From NCBI GenBank assembly GCA_000934665.2, contig JYFJ02003035.1, positions 1 through 47,056 of the forward strand: 47,056 nucleotides of DNA. The letters are read 5' to 3'. A program made the translations under genes and the position numbers. Positions 1 through 9,707 of the stretch are shown piece after piece. The DNA comes from Catajapyx aquilonaris (Eukaryota). Under the pieces are notes generated by a model. The model ran no database searches. It saw only the letters and a list, made by a program, of their open reading frames with translations, and was not told the DNA's origin. Positions within the stretch are counted from its first letter, which is position 1, and each line of letters starts with the position of its first letter.

Positions 1-207
1 TACAGATCAAAGGTTATTGACCTGTGTGTGAGGTCACAAATATGTGTTATTTGATAACCCAGTCACCCCACTCGTGTCATATATCGATCGATAGGTCTAT
101 TCAAGAAGGTAAAGAAAATCATGTTGTGGTTGAACATAACTAATTTAAAATGTGGAATCGTGTCCTTTCAAGTTACAGCATAAGGAAGAAAAAAAATCCA
201 AAAGAAC
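1..207. repeat. Left terminal inverted repeat of the Academ element (partial)
   Basis: Reverse complement of 2095-2304 with one 3-nt (GAC) indel. Confidence 0.9.
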
Positions 208-347
208 CGCGCTGGAAGTCCTTTTTCTGTTATTCTATGCGATGTCTTCGGCAAATATGGCTGGAAACACCTACGGCGCCTCAAAATATGTTCATAAGTC
301 GTTTAAACACACATCTTTAAACACAGAACAACCATAGTTAGGCCTAA

Positions 348-2094
348 TCATCGGCATTTTCCGCTGCACATGCACAATGCTGTACACTTCAGCTCTCGCC
401 TGATGCAATTACACCTCGATCCGCATGTCGTTTTGCATTTGCATCGGACAAGTTCCAAGCAAGCTTGTGAAGCAACCGGCATGTTGGTCCAGACGGGCAC
501 CCAAAAGTTATCTTCCCTTTTCCATCCCCATTCTGACGGACTGGGGAGATCTAGGTGTAGTTTGAGTGCTTGACCCCATATATGGACACCCTGGTAGATG
601 GCTCGCAAAATGTGTTGGTGCAGGGCCGCTTCGGTTGGTGGAATATTCTCCAGCTGCCTGTCTTTCTTCGTGAACAAGTACTTTCTGCACTCATTGACAG
701 TTGTGCAGGGACTAGATGTGACGAGGAGAAGAAACGTTATATTACATGGTCACCTTTTTTTTCAACCTGGAAGCACAATTTGTAACCACCTGTCGTACAG
801 CGTTATTACAAATCTCTGTAGTATGGGGCTGGCTTCGTTGATTTTACCCTGCAGCTGCTTTAAATCCATCAATAGCATTAGGTAATGCCTGGAACGCTTC
901 GAAAGCGCTCTTTTTTCCCCTGCCGTTAAATGCCGACACAGTGTCGGGCCTTCCAAAAAAATCAGAATACGTTTCATGCCTGCGAAATGCCGAGATAAGT
1001 AAATCAAGAAAGGCACAGAAGTAAAACTGATTATTTTTACCGAATGAATCTGCAATAACATGACATGCAATGTAGTGGTGACTTTTTCCGGTGCCTATGT
1101 GCACCCACAATTCTTCAAGATCGGACAGCTTGGGCAGGCACGCCACGGCCAACACGACAACATCATACCGTGCGAATCATAATCTTCCTATGACCCTGAC
1201 CCACAGCATCGGCAGTGTGTACCATGATCCTGGTGTCTGCCTCTTCATGATTGCAAGGTGCCAGGGAACCCGTTATGTCGCGCGTTGTGTTGCTCAGGAC
1301 AAACTCTCCATCAGTGGTGTAGAATTCCTTCCCGTTATCGATGTCCATACAATGTGCACGGGTCGCTAGCATATGAAATAGTTCTTCTTTGTTTGCACCG
1401 TCGCGAAGAAAAGTGGCCCAGCTTATAGGAATTTTCGTGGGACCACTGACCCGAGTTCGCATCTCAGAACCACGCTTCTCTCTCTCTCTCTCTGCGTTTT
1501 TCAAACTGTCAGAGTAATACGTATCCCACACCAAATCCAGCCTCATCACATTTGACAGTTCTCTACCTAAGAATGGCAAGACGACCATGTCAGCGTAGTC
1601 ACCGAAGGTTTTACCCTGCCCTGGGCTAAGCATGTGGACAACCGCGGCGCCATCCAGAATTTTCACTGATACCGTATAGGGGCAGTCGGCACCGTAGATC
1701 CTTCGCATCTGTTGGTGTGACACTTCACAAGATCTGACTTGGTGCCTGAACGTATCATGTTCATGACCGAGAGTGCTGGAGGACTAGATTGGTTCTCGTG
1801 CGCAAAGAATGTCTCGAGATCTCCAGCCCTGTGCTCACACGTGGCCATGTACAACTTGCTGAACAAGCCACAATCCAGTTTCAGGCCAGTCATTCTTGCC
1901 TTCAATTTAGTCTCACGCGGCTTGATTTCAGTACTGAAAAGGGGTAATTTATTGAGTTTGATTGGCTCAAACAGGCTTTTACCTCTGTTGAGTCTCTCCT
2001 CAGCAAATTTCCCATACTGTGCGTCGTCAAGTTCCTCTACGCTCCATACAGTTGTGACGACTTCAGGAGAAGCGACCTGCTTGGTGTCAATATT
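348..2094 (-). pseudogene. Frameshifted C-terminal half of an Academ protein: XPG/FEN1(PIN)-like nuclease region plus Cys-rich CXC-type zinc cluster
   Basis: Successive frames give NIDTK..QYGKFAEERL..IKLNKLPLF, FFAHENQSSPPALS, ILDGAAVVH, RLDLVWDTYYSDSLK, HEEADTRIMVH, (DT)DVVVL, DTVSAFNGRGKK, IPPTEAALHQHILRAIYQ, PSPSEWGW and CKCKTTCGSRCNCIRRELKCTALCMCSGKC-stop(348). At least 4 frameshifts; no N-terminal transposase domain is present. Confidence 0.8.
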
Positions 2095-2676
2095 GTTCTT
2101 TTGGATTTTTTTTCTTCCTTATGCTGTAACTTGAAAGGACACGATTCCACATTTTAAATTAGTTATGTTCAACCACAACATGATTTTCTTTACCTTCTTG
2201 AATAGACGACCTATCGATCGATATATGACACGAGTGGGGTGACTGGGTTATCAAATAACACATATTTGTGACCTCACACACAGGTCAATAACCTTTGATC
2301 TGTAGGTCACAGAGGTCATGTGTATGTTTTTCTGAATCCTCTGCACGGCACCTATCCATCGATGTGCTGTTTATATGGGGTTGTAAGGGAACGATTTTCC
2401 GAATTTCGCTGACCTCTAACCTTTGACCTGTTATAGTTAGGACTTTTTTCCAGAGACAAAAAATGACCAGGATGTCGTTGCCCACAACATATAAAAAATT
2501 GGAAGAATTTGACCGAAATCTGTTGGTGCCACGTATGACCCCCCCCTTTTTTGGGAAAATGACCCCCCAACTGGGCAACAACTCTAAATCGGCTCACATA
2601 GGTCCAAGTGACACATGTGCCAAGTGGCATGCTTTAATCACAAAGTGCAAGGTAAAAGTCCTTAACCTCCCCACTA
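2095..2676. repeat. Right terminal inverted repeat of the Academ element (about 580 bp inferred)
   Basis: 2095-2304 pairs directly with 1-207. Extension to 2676 is inferred from recurring TGACC/AGGTCA motifs and the CTA terminus; the partner of 2305-2676 would lie outside the window. Confidence 0.7.
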
Positions 2677-2841
2677 TGAGTAATTAGTGTTGCAAAGACA
2701 TGCATTGCATTAAATGTGGCATATATTGAACAAAACTGACTTTTAACTTTTTATCTGTCAATATTGTGAACAACTTCCACTAAAAAATTAGACAGCTGGA
2801 GGAAAAAAAAAACTACTCTGGAAGAGCTTCCACTGGACATT

Positions 2842-2934
2842 TCATTTGTGTGTATGAAAAATATGGATACCTCTGGCACCATTGCTAGTCAGAAGCATGA
2901 AGACATTCCATCTGGAGGAGCTAAAACAAATTAA
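2842..2934 (-). CDS. IQCH: Candidate terminal exon of the IQCH-like gene (uncertain)
   Basis: Phase-0 acceptor ttttatacag at 2935-2936 gives 30 aa then TGA. An alternative acceptor at 2921-2922 gives LLQMECLHASD-stop. No homology support; the true exon could lie elsewhere. Confidence 0.2.
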   Translation of the reverse strand, partial: LICFSSSRWNVFMLLTSNGARGIHIFHTHK

Positions 2935-3259
2935 CTGTATAAAACCAGTAATATCTATGCTCCAATACAGATATGTGGTAGTAGGCATAATAACCCTCAT
3001 GTACAATGCTTCCTGTGTGAATGCGTGTAATGAAGCGACAGATGTCACTGGTTTCGCAGTGCACTTCGCAGTTCGCAGTCCCTTCATGTAGTACAGTCAC
3101 AGTTGCACAAAAATGTGGTTAACTGCTATATTGTGTAGTCTTACATGCCTCACTGGCCCTGGGGCAGAGCAGTAATTGAAATCACAATGAAATATTTGAA
3201 CACACAACTTAACAGATTCAAGAACTTCTGAGGCCATTAACATGCAGCATCAATTATAA

Positions 3260-3382
3260 AACGAATGGGTGGCATTTTCGTCTCACTGCTAGTTGCTGCT
3301 AACTTAGCAGTACCAGTGTAGTGCATTGGTACTGCTAAGTTAACAGTAAGTAGCAGTGAGACGAAAATTCCATCCAATCGTT
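3260..3382. repeat. 123-nt near-perfect palindrome (fold-back or MITE-like)
   Basis: Arms 3260-3320 and 3322-3382 match at 53/61 positions without gaps, with a 1-nt spacer at 3321. Confidence 0.9.
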
Positions 3383-3401
3383 CAGTCTGGCACCGACTCA
3401 C

Positions 3402-3908
3402 CTGAAAGTTTGTTTTCTCCTTGTATGTCTTGGACTTGAGCGCCTTGTGTATGACATCCACAAACCGGCTCACTACTTCCAGGCAGGTGCACACATCCTT
3501 CTCCACGTCCATCAGGAGGAGATGGTCAGTGCAGGTGATCCCCAAAGGAGCATGCATCAGCCCCAGTTTCGAAGCATGGTCAAACATCCTGATTTTGTTC
3601 GTTCTACAGTAGAGGTCGATCAAGTCCTTGCTCCTCATGGCCAGGTTGGAGTGATAGATATTTGGGCACATCACTGCCCACCTCAAGTTGTCCAAAGCCG
3701 ACATTGGCGCAGCCTGTGATGGATCAATATTATCGATCCTTGGAGTGGCCAACAGGTGGGAGGCATACTGATCCATCTCGCCCTGGGTCACCCATAAAAC
3801 CCATTCCACGCAGAGAGTGACTTCATCGTAGTATGGGTTCAGTTCCATCACCCACACCTCTTCTGCATTGTTGTGGTAGAAGCTCGCTACTCGCATGGAA
3901 AAGTGACC
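3402..3908 (-). CDS. IQCH: IQCH-like protein, exon 9
   Basis: cag|GHFSMRVASF..VWVMELNPYYD..RWAVMCPNIYHSNL..EKTNFQ|gtgagt; 507 nt, phase 0/0; resembles the IQCH C-terminus (GYFSIDLVTF, RYAVM..HSNL, ETNF as recalled). Confidence 0.85.
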
Positions 3909-3957
3909 CTGTTTGATGGAATAAGGCAGAATTTAAAAAAATTTACCTCTGCTTACA

Positions 3958-4175
3958 CAAATAAATAAATAAATAATGGATACTCCGTGATAGGCCTCCT
4001 TTGGGCCTCTTAGGGGAGAGGGAAACGGAAGAACCCAGAGAAAACCCACGCGAACACGGAGAGAACCCATCGAAACTCTATCCACATAAGTATCCTCCGT
4101 CCGACCCGAGGATCCAACTCGGGACCTTAGAGCTGGAAGGCTGCGGCGCTAACCACTCGGCCACCATGTCGCCCA
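3958..4175 (-). mobile_element. tRNA-derived SINE with V-domain-like core
   Basis: Minus strand: A box TGGCCGAGTGG, B-box-like GTTGGATCC, core GTTCTCTCCGTGTTCGCGTGGGTTTTCTCTGGGTTCTTCCGTTTCCC, (ATTT)n tail. Flanked by TACCTCTGCTTACA (3944-3957) and TACCTCTGCTGACA (4176-4189), a 13/14 target-site duplication. Confidence 0.85.
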
Positions 4176-4643
4176 TACCTCTGCTGACATATTAACATTA
4201 GAAGTTCAGTTACATGCCATTTCTTCCCACAATGTGCTACAATTGAAGTGCCCACAGTGGTTAGTGATTTTTACGAGGATTTTTATCCTTAAGACACCTG
4301 TACACAGTCAGTAAAAAATTGCTACTTTTGTGGCCTGACCAAAACACAATGCATTTCCGAATTGCTCACTACCTGTGATATGAGGGCTAGTCATAGCAAA
4401 TTCATATCAGATTCTTCATGTCTGTACCGTTGAGGTAACTGCCAATCCGATAACTTGGTGATTATTTTTAACATCTTACCAATAAAGCAGAAAGTTTGTC
4501 TCTACATCCAGGCTACTCAATCCACTTCCTAACTACTGATAGTGCTGAAACTTGGCACACTGATGGCTTATGTGCCGCTGATTGAGGGTAACGTCCGAAA
4601 ACCGCACTTGTTTTAAGATAAAGGAGACAAGTAGTGCCCATAC

Positions 4644-4907
4644 CACAAACCCCTTGGACTCCATGGAATTTCCAATATCAATTGCTGTCCTGTGTAGAAA
4701 GCCTTTCTCTATGCTCCTTTGTGGGATTAGGTACCCCCAGCATTTGTATGGATCTACATCCGCTTGGGGTTCAGATTCCTTTGTCATGACCCTCAGATGA
4801 TCTGCAGATCCAGTCAACAAGACCGTCTTCGCTGGAGTTACTGACACGCAGGCCCATGCAAAGCCAAGTTGCTCAAGCGGAGGTAATGCCTCAATGCAAC
4901 CACCAAC
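4644..4907 (-). CDS. IQCH: IQCH-like protein, exon 8
   Basis: tttcag|VGGCIEALPP..IPQRSI..IGNSMESKGFV|gtatgg; 264 nt, phase 0/0; matches the IQCH GGVIEAFPP..PQTSV motif pattern. Confidence 0.85.
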
Positions 4908-5453
4908 CTGAAAGGGTAAAGAGAGAGTTGCATAAAACAGACATAAATACACTACAATGCAACTTCAGCACTGCAAAAATTTCCCAAGGCCTATTCTCAA
5001 CTTTGAATTTTATTGTGTTACTTTTCACTGTGCTCCTTAGAGCACACTAAATTTTGAAAATATTTAAAGCTTCTTTTCTGTTCCTGAACTGCATATGAGA
5101 GCTTTAATGACCAAAAACTATTCCTAGGAGTAATGCTAAACTTTTGATAGGCAGTGTATGAAATTGGGGATCCAGTTCAAATACATGGTAATGCACCACA
5201 AATTTTTCCCCCTAATTTAACGTTGTCCAACAAAGCATAAAATTTTTGCAGTGAAGTGGGATTCCGCTATGTACGTGTTTTACTGTATAAAATTTAGCAC
5301 TCAACAGATGCAACGGGAATCTGCTTGAATGGATTGTCACTTGATTGTTGCTCAATTTGAGGACTGATGAAAGTGCAACTGTACTTGCTCAACAAACCCT
5401 GATACCACACTTACTACCTCAATGGACAATAACTTTCCCCTCTGATTCTTTAC

Positions 5454-5878
5454 CTTGTAAAAGTCAGACAAGAAGTCATTCAGAGTTGGGTAGAGCCACT
5501 CAGAGTACGTCTTTGAACAGGTGCGTATAAGTTCAGGAATGTGCTTCGCAACAGTCTGAATCATCGACACCTGCACGGACTCCTTCCACCATGTGTTCTG
5601 TTGACTCTTCCACTTCCGCAGCAGCGACTTAATAACTGAATTACCCTCTGGGTCAAAGTATAAGGTGGCTCTCCCAATACCATCAGGGTAGTCTCGGATC
5701 TTGAGCTCCCATCGGCTAATGTATGGGTACTGGACCAGAAGCTCAGACATGCTCTGGTAGAGTGCGGCGCGACCACTGATGTCACTTCTTCCAGGTGGAA
5801 TAGGGATGCCTTCCTTTGTGAGGAAGTGGCGGACCCATGAGCGTGAACGCAGGTTTTCCATAAGGTCCAGCGGAGGAC
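5454..5878 (-). CDS. IQCH: IQCH-like protein, exon 7
   Basis: ccag|(G)PPLDL..IPIPPGRSDI..RWELKI..FLSDFYK|gtaaag; 425 nt, phase 1/0. Confidence 0.85.
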
Positions 5879-6188
5879 CTGGACGAGAAAGAGAAGTCAA
5901 CAATCAAAAGGTGCACCACAAAACTAACTAATTTTTATTGCAGCAACTAAGAAGAAATGAGAATATTCCTAGGAGATAATTCTAGTCAGGGATGCTGTTG
6001 GTCATGTTACTAGTGGTGGAAGCATAGCAGACAGTAGATGAAAACTTAAACCGCAATGGACTTTTGGAAGAGTGAAAAAGGATAAGAGAAACAGAGGACA
6101 TGTGGGGAAGAGAACAATATTATCTGCAGCATTGTATTCAGCCATGTAGTTTTCAAAATTCAATTTCATGTATGTCATAATGACTCAC

Positions 6189-6605
6189 CTAACACAGGAA
6201 GTCCCATCTTGTGAGCAATCATGAAGTCGTCTGGTCCAGTGATGGCTGGGACAATGTATGCATCCTTCCCTACTGCAAAATCCCTGACCTCCCTAACAGT
6301 CTTGGAGCTATATGAGAGCAGGGAGGCCAAGCTGAGGTGGTGGTCAGTCAGGAGTTCGCCCCCCTTGTTGAGATACACCCTGAAGTTTGAGATCCCCTCT
6401 TCGTCAGTCTGATTGACACCCATGGAAACCTCCTCCAACCACCTGTAAAAGTCAGGGTAGGATTCATGATTGGTGACCAGGATGACTTGGCAATGAGAGT
6501 TGCGAGAGCAGGCCACACGAAGATACTGGAAGCACTGGATGAGAGTCAGCTGATCAGCCTTATCTTGCCGAACACGCTTGTCAAAGTGAAGCGATGGAAT
6601 GTGTA
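6189..6605 (-). CDS. IQCH: IQCH-like protein, exon 6
   Basis: aacag|(I)HIPSLHF..LASLLSYS..GKDAYIVP..DDFMIAHKMGLPVL(G)|gtgagt; 417 nt, phase 1/1; IHIPSL and AYIV..DD..PxLG are IQCH-family motifs. Confidence 0.85.
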
Positions 6606-7065
6606 CTGTTCAGGGAGAGAACTTCTTGTTATTACATTTGCTTCATGGGAAGCACTTTTATCGCATGCATTTTATACACATGCTGTACTAGGAAAAACTT
6701 CTTCCTCAATGGTGACATCGCACCTACAAATATCTGGGCTACTTGGGCTTACTCACTTTGTGCTTGTAAGCTGTTAGTAATAATCATGTTTAATTCAGTT
6801 CAGAAGGTTGCCCTTGAACTAAAATTTTTGACCATGTTCTGGTAGATGACAAGCATGGCACACCTCAAAAATAGTGGCTCTATGATTTACCTGCTTCTAG
6901 TTTCATCATAAACTTTTAAATGCATTTCTGATGCATATGCCAGATATCTGCTTGGTATTTTGCTGAATAAAGTGATTCCACAGCAAAGAGGTTGCAGTGT
7001 ATTTGCATGTTGGGCATCAGATGATTAAACATACAACATAAAGGAATGCTAAAGGTGATACATAC

Positions 7066-7250
7066 TCATATAGTGCTCTTTACTTTGCAGGGTCCTCCAC
7101 CTGACAGCGAGCAAGTTCCCTCTCTCTTTTGTCGCCTCAAATGCAATCATGCGCTGCTGCTGTGCATGCCTACGAACCTGTCGCCACCGGATCACTGGCA
7201 GCCATTCACCAGCTATTATCCCTGCAGCCACAAACTTCTGCAGCCTGACT
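7066..7250 (-). CDS. IQCH: IQCH-like protein, exon 5
   Basis: taacag|VRLQKFVAAGIIAGEW..LAVRWRTLQSKEHYM|gtatgt; 185 nt, phase 2/1; joins both neighbouring exons in frame. Confidence 0.8.
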
Positions 7251-7404
7251 CTGTTAAGACGTACATGTAGAATTTAAAAAACCCTTCTACACTACACAAT
7301 AGGCATTTTGGTGACACTACTAAATGCTGGCAATTAAAACATTGCCATATTATTTGGACTTGCATTGGCGCTAGTTTCTACTGATGTATGTATTTTCGCA
7401 TCTG

Positions 7405-8688
7405 CAGGGTGGGGCAAAAGTCATGGGCTGATTTGATTCATGTAGTACCGCAGATCTGTCTGCGCATGTGCCGGATTCGAACGCGGGCTGGAGTGGGGAA
7501 CGAGTGCCATTTGAAATCATGGAATTGTGGTCTGCAGAACAGTGTGCATTCACAGTGGAGACTTATTTCAAAAATGATGAGTATCCCATCATTGTGCAAC
7601 GGATCTTTCGTGGCCATTTCGCGCTGGGAAGTCGTGACAAGGTTCCCCACTCCCACACTATCCTAAGATGGGTGAAACAGTTCCGTAGCACAGAATCATG
7701 CCTTGACAAGAAGAAGACTGGACATCCAAGAACACAGCGAACCCCTCAGCACGTGCAAGAGGCCCGCGACACGATGCTCCGCAGTCCTCAGCGATCGACC
7801 AGAAGGCAAGCCTGGGTGAAGGGAATGTCGTCTCGCTCCCTACGCCGTATCATTCATGATAGCCTGCACTTTATCCGTACATGATTCAGGTCATGCAAAA
7901 GTTGAATGAAAAGGACAAAGTTGTTCGATTGACGTTCGCCAAGAACTTTCTTGGACGCTTGGCAGCTGACCCACAGGACCAGAATAACCTTGTGATGTCT
8001 GATGAGGCGCATTTTCAACTGTGTGGGAGAGTTAACAAGCAGAATTTATTTCTGGTACTGGGCACCAGAAAACCATTACATCTGCACGAGAAACCTCTGC
8101 ACAGTGAAGTGGGACAGTGTGGTGCGGCGTTGCATCCTTTGGCATCATAGGCCCATATTTATTAGATGACACTCGTGGTAGTGCTCTCACCGTGAATGGA
8201 GATCGCTACGTCCAGATTTTGCAAGAGTACTTCCTTCCAGAGGTGGCTAATCGAGAGCCAACAAGACAGGGCAACATCTCATACAGCCTGTCAGTCCAGG
8301 CGGGTCATGTCGAGATTTGGGGACATTCCATGGTCACCGGATTTGACCACCCCCAACTTCTTCTTGTGGGGGTACCTGAAGAGTTTGTGTTCGCCACACG
8401 TCCTCAGTCATTGGCTGATCTTAAGGATCAGATAAGACACGCCGTGAGAAACATTCCCCTGGACATGCTGGAGCTCGTTATGAAGGGTTTTGTCCCGCGC
8501 TTGGAGGAATGTTTTGCCTGCAAAGGTGGACACCTATCCGGTGTTGTTTTCAAGAAGTGACTTTTTTGGACCCTGGTCCATAAATGGCAGATCTTTCTCT
8601 GTGTAGTGTAATTTTTTAAAATATAATTGTTCGCTACTTATGCCATGCTGCGTCATTTTAATCTGCCCATGACTTTTGCCCTACCCTG
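7405..8688 (+). mobile_element. Decayed Tc1/mariner-superfamily transposon, DD41D/rosa(Visitor)-like, in IQCH intron 4
   Basis: 29-bp TIRs CAGGGTGGGGCAAAAGTCATGGGCTGATT (7405-7433) and 8660-8688, 27/29 match. TA on the right, TG (probably a mutated TA) on the left; 1284 bp. Confidence 0.9.
7519..8560 (+). pseudogene. Frameshifted mariner-like transposase (N-terminal HTH plus DDD domain)
   Basis: MELWSAEQCAFTVETYFKN..QRIFR.HF, SPQRSTRR, MSDEAHFQLCGRVNKQN, WCGVASFGIIGPY, QQDRATSH and SPDLTTPNFFLWGYLK are split over several frames, with deletions. Confidence 0.9.
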
Positions 8689-8886
8689 TATAATAACGTT
8701 ATAGATCTGTTACGCATAGGATGCATCTTTCCCAGACTCGGATCAAACAAAATTATGATGCCTTAATCAGTGGCCTTATGTGTGCTTTCACAATGGTTGC
8801 AAATCTATCAAGTTCCTTAGCTAATTTGGACCGTCACAGCAGTCTCAGTAATGTTGTATACAGGCATGGTTCCTTCCCCAACTTAC

Positions 8887-8990
8887 AGCATACGTTTCTG
8901 AACCATGTATCGTCTCCAGTGGGATTGGATTAGAGTGGCTGCAATGTTCTTTCTTTCTCTCTTCCAATAATCATGTATTGCCATACAAAC
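8887..8990 (-). CDS. IQCH: IQCH-like protein, exon 4 (IQ motif)
   Basis: ttacag|VCMAIHDYWKRERKNIAATLIQSHWRRYMVQKRM(L)|gtaagt; 104 nt, phase 0/2; IQ-like motif AATLIQSHWRRY. Not in the supplied ORF track. Confidence 0.85.
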
Positions 8991-9279
8991 CTGTAAAGTA
9001 AGGCACAGTCCAAGTAATCAACTGTATTCAAATGATCTACTCAGAATGTTCCAGATAATGTAACTACATGAAGTTTGTATTGAAATTTATAATATACTGT
9101 CAATTACAGTAGTTTACGAGGCGCTCCCTCAATTCAACCCTTCCAGTTAATCCAATGATTCAGGTTTAGTACAGTATTAAGTATCCTACCAACGCAATGT
9201 GTTCCTATTGAAGAGTCAGTACTAAGTTTTACTTGATATCAAAACAACTATTCCTCATAGAGTCATAGGAAATACAAAC

Positions 9280-9642
9280 CTCATTTTTGTTGGCACATAT
9301 TGCCAGCAAATCCATCTCATTCGCAAGGTTTTTGGCAACAACCATTGCTGTATCAGCCATCTCCAGGACCCTGGGCTGTGAGAGGATAATTTTTCCCAAT
9401 TGGTACTTCTTAGCAAGAGACGCTGCTCGTTCTATTATCTCTGCCCATCGCCGCTGAATATGAAGCCAGCGCCATCCCATGGGAGCCTCCAGCTTTGCCA
9501 GGGTGCCATCTTCCAGCTCCATCAATTGAATATCTGGGGCCTCTGGACTATCATCATGTTTGATCACTGGTTCAGGCTTTTCTTCTTTCTTTGGCTTGTG
9601 CTTTATTGTTGGGAAAAATTCATGATTCAATATACGAGCCCC
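9280..9642 (-). CDS. IQCH: IQCH-like protein, exon 3
   Basis: tgttag|GARILNHEFFP..RWAEIIERAASLAKKYQL..LLAICANKNE|gtttgt; 363 nt, phase 0/0. Confidence 0.75.
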
Positions 9643-9707
9643 CTAACAAGATTGGAATTATTAAGAATCTGTGACTATGTAATGTAATAATTACTCATTC
9701 ACATTGC

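Larger units (their letters stand above)
1..2676 (-). mobile_element. Academ-superfamily (AcademX-type) DNA transposon, internally deleted; left end lies upstream of the window
   Basis: 1-207 is the reverse complement of 2095-2304, identical except for a 3-nt indel. The right repeat plausibly continues to ...CCTCCCCACTA at 2676 (terminus TAGTGGGGAGG on the minus strand, TAG-type end as in Academ). The interior encodes XPG/FEN1-like motifs and a Cys-rich C-terminus, the architecture described for Academ proteins. Confidence 0.8.

Noticed and set aside
5140..5158. Tc1-like terminus ACTTTTGATAGGCAGTGTA
   Set aside because: No partner inverted repeat was found.
6680..6723. Possible extra IQCH micro-exon after tttgtag
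   Set aside because: Exons 5 and 6 already join in frame to give the conserved IHIPSL motif; no phase-compatible donor was found.
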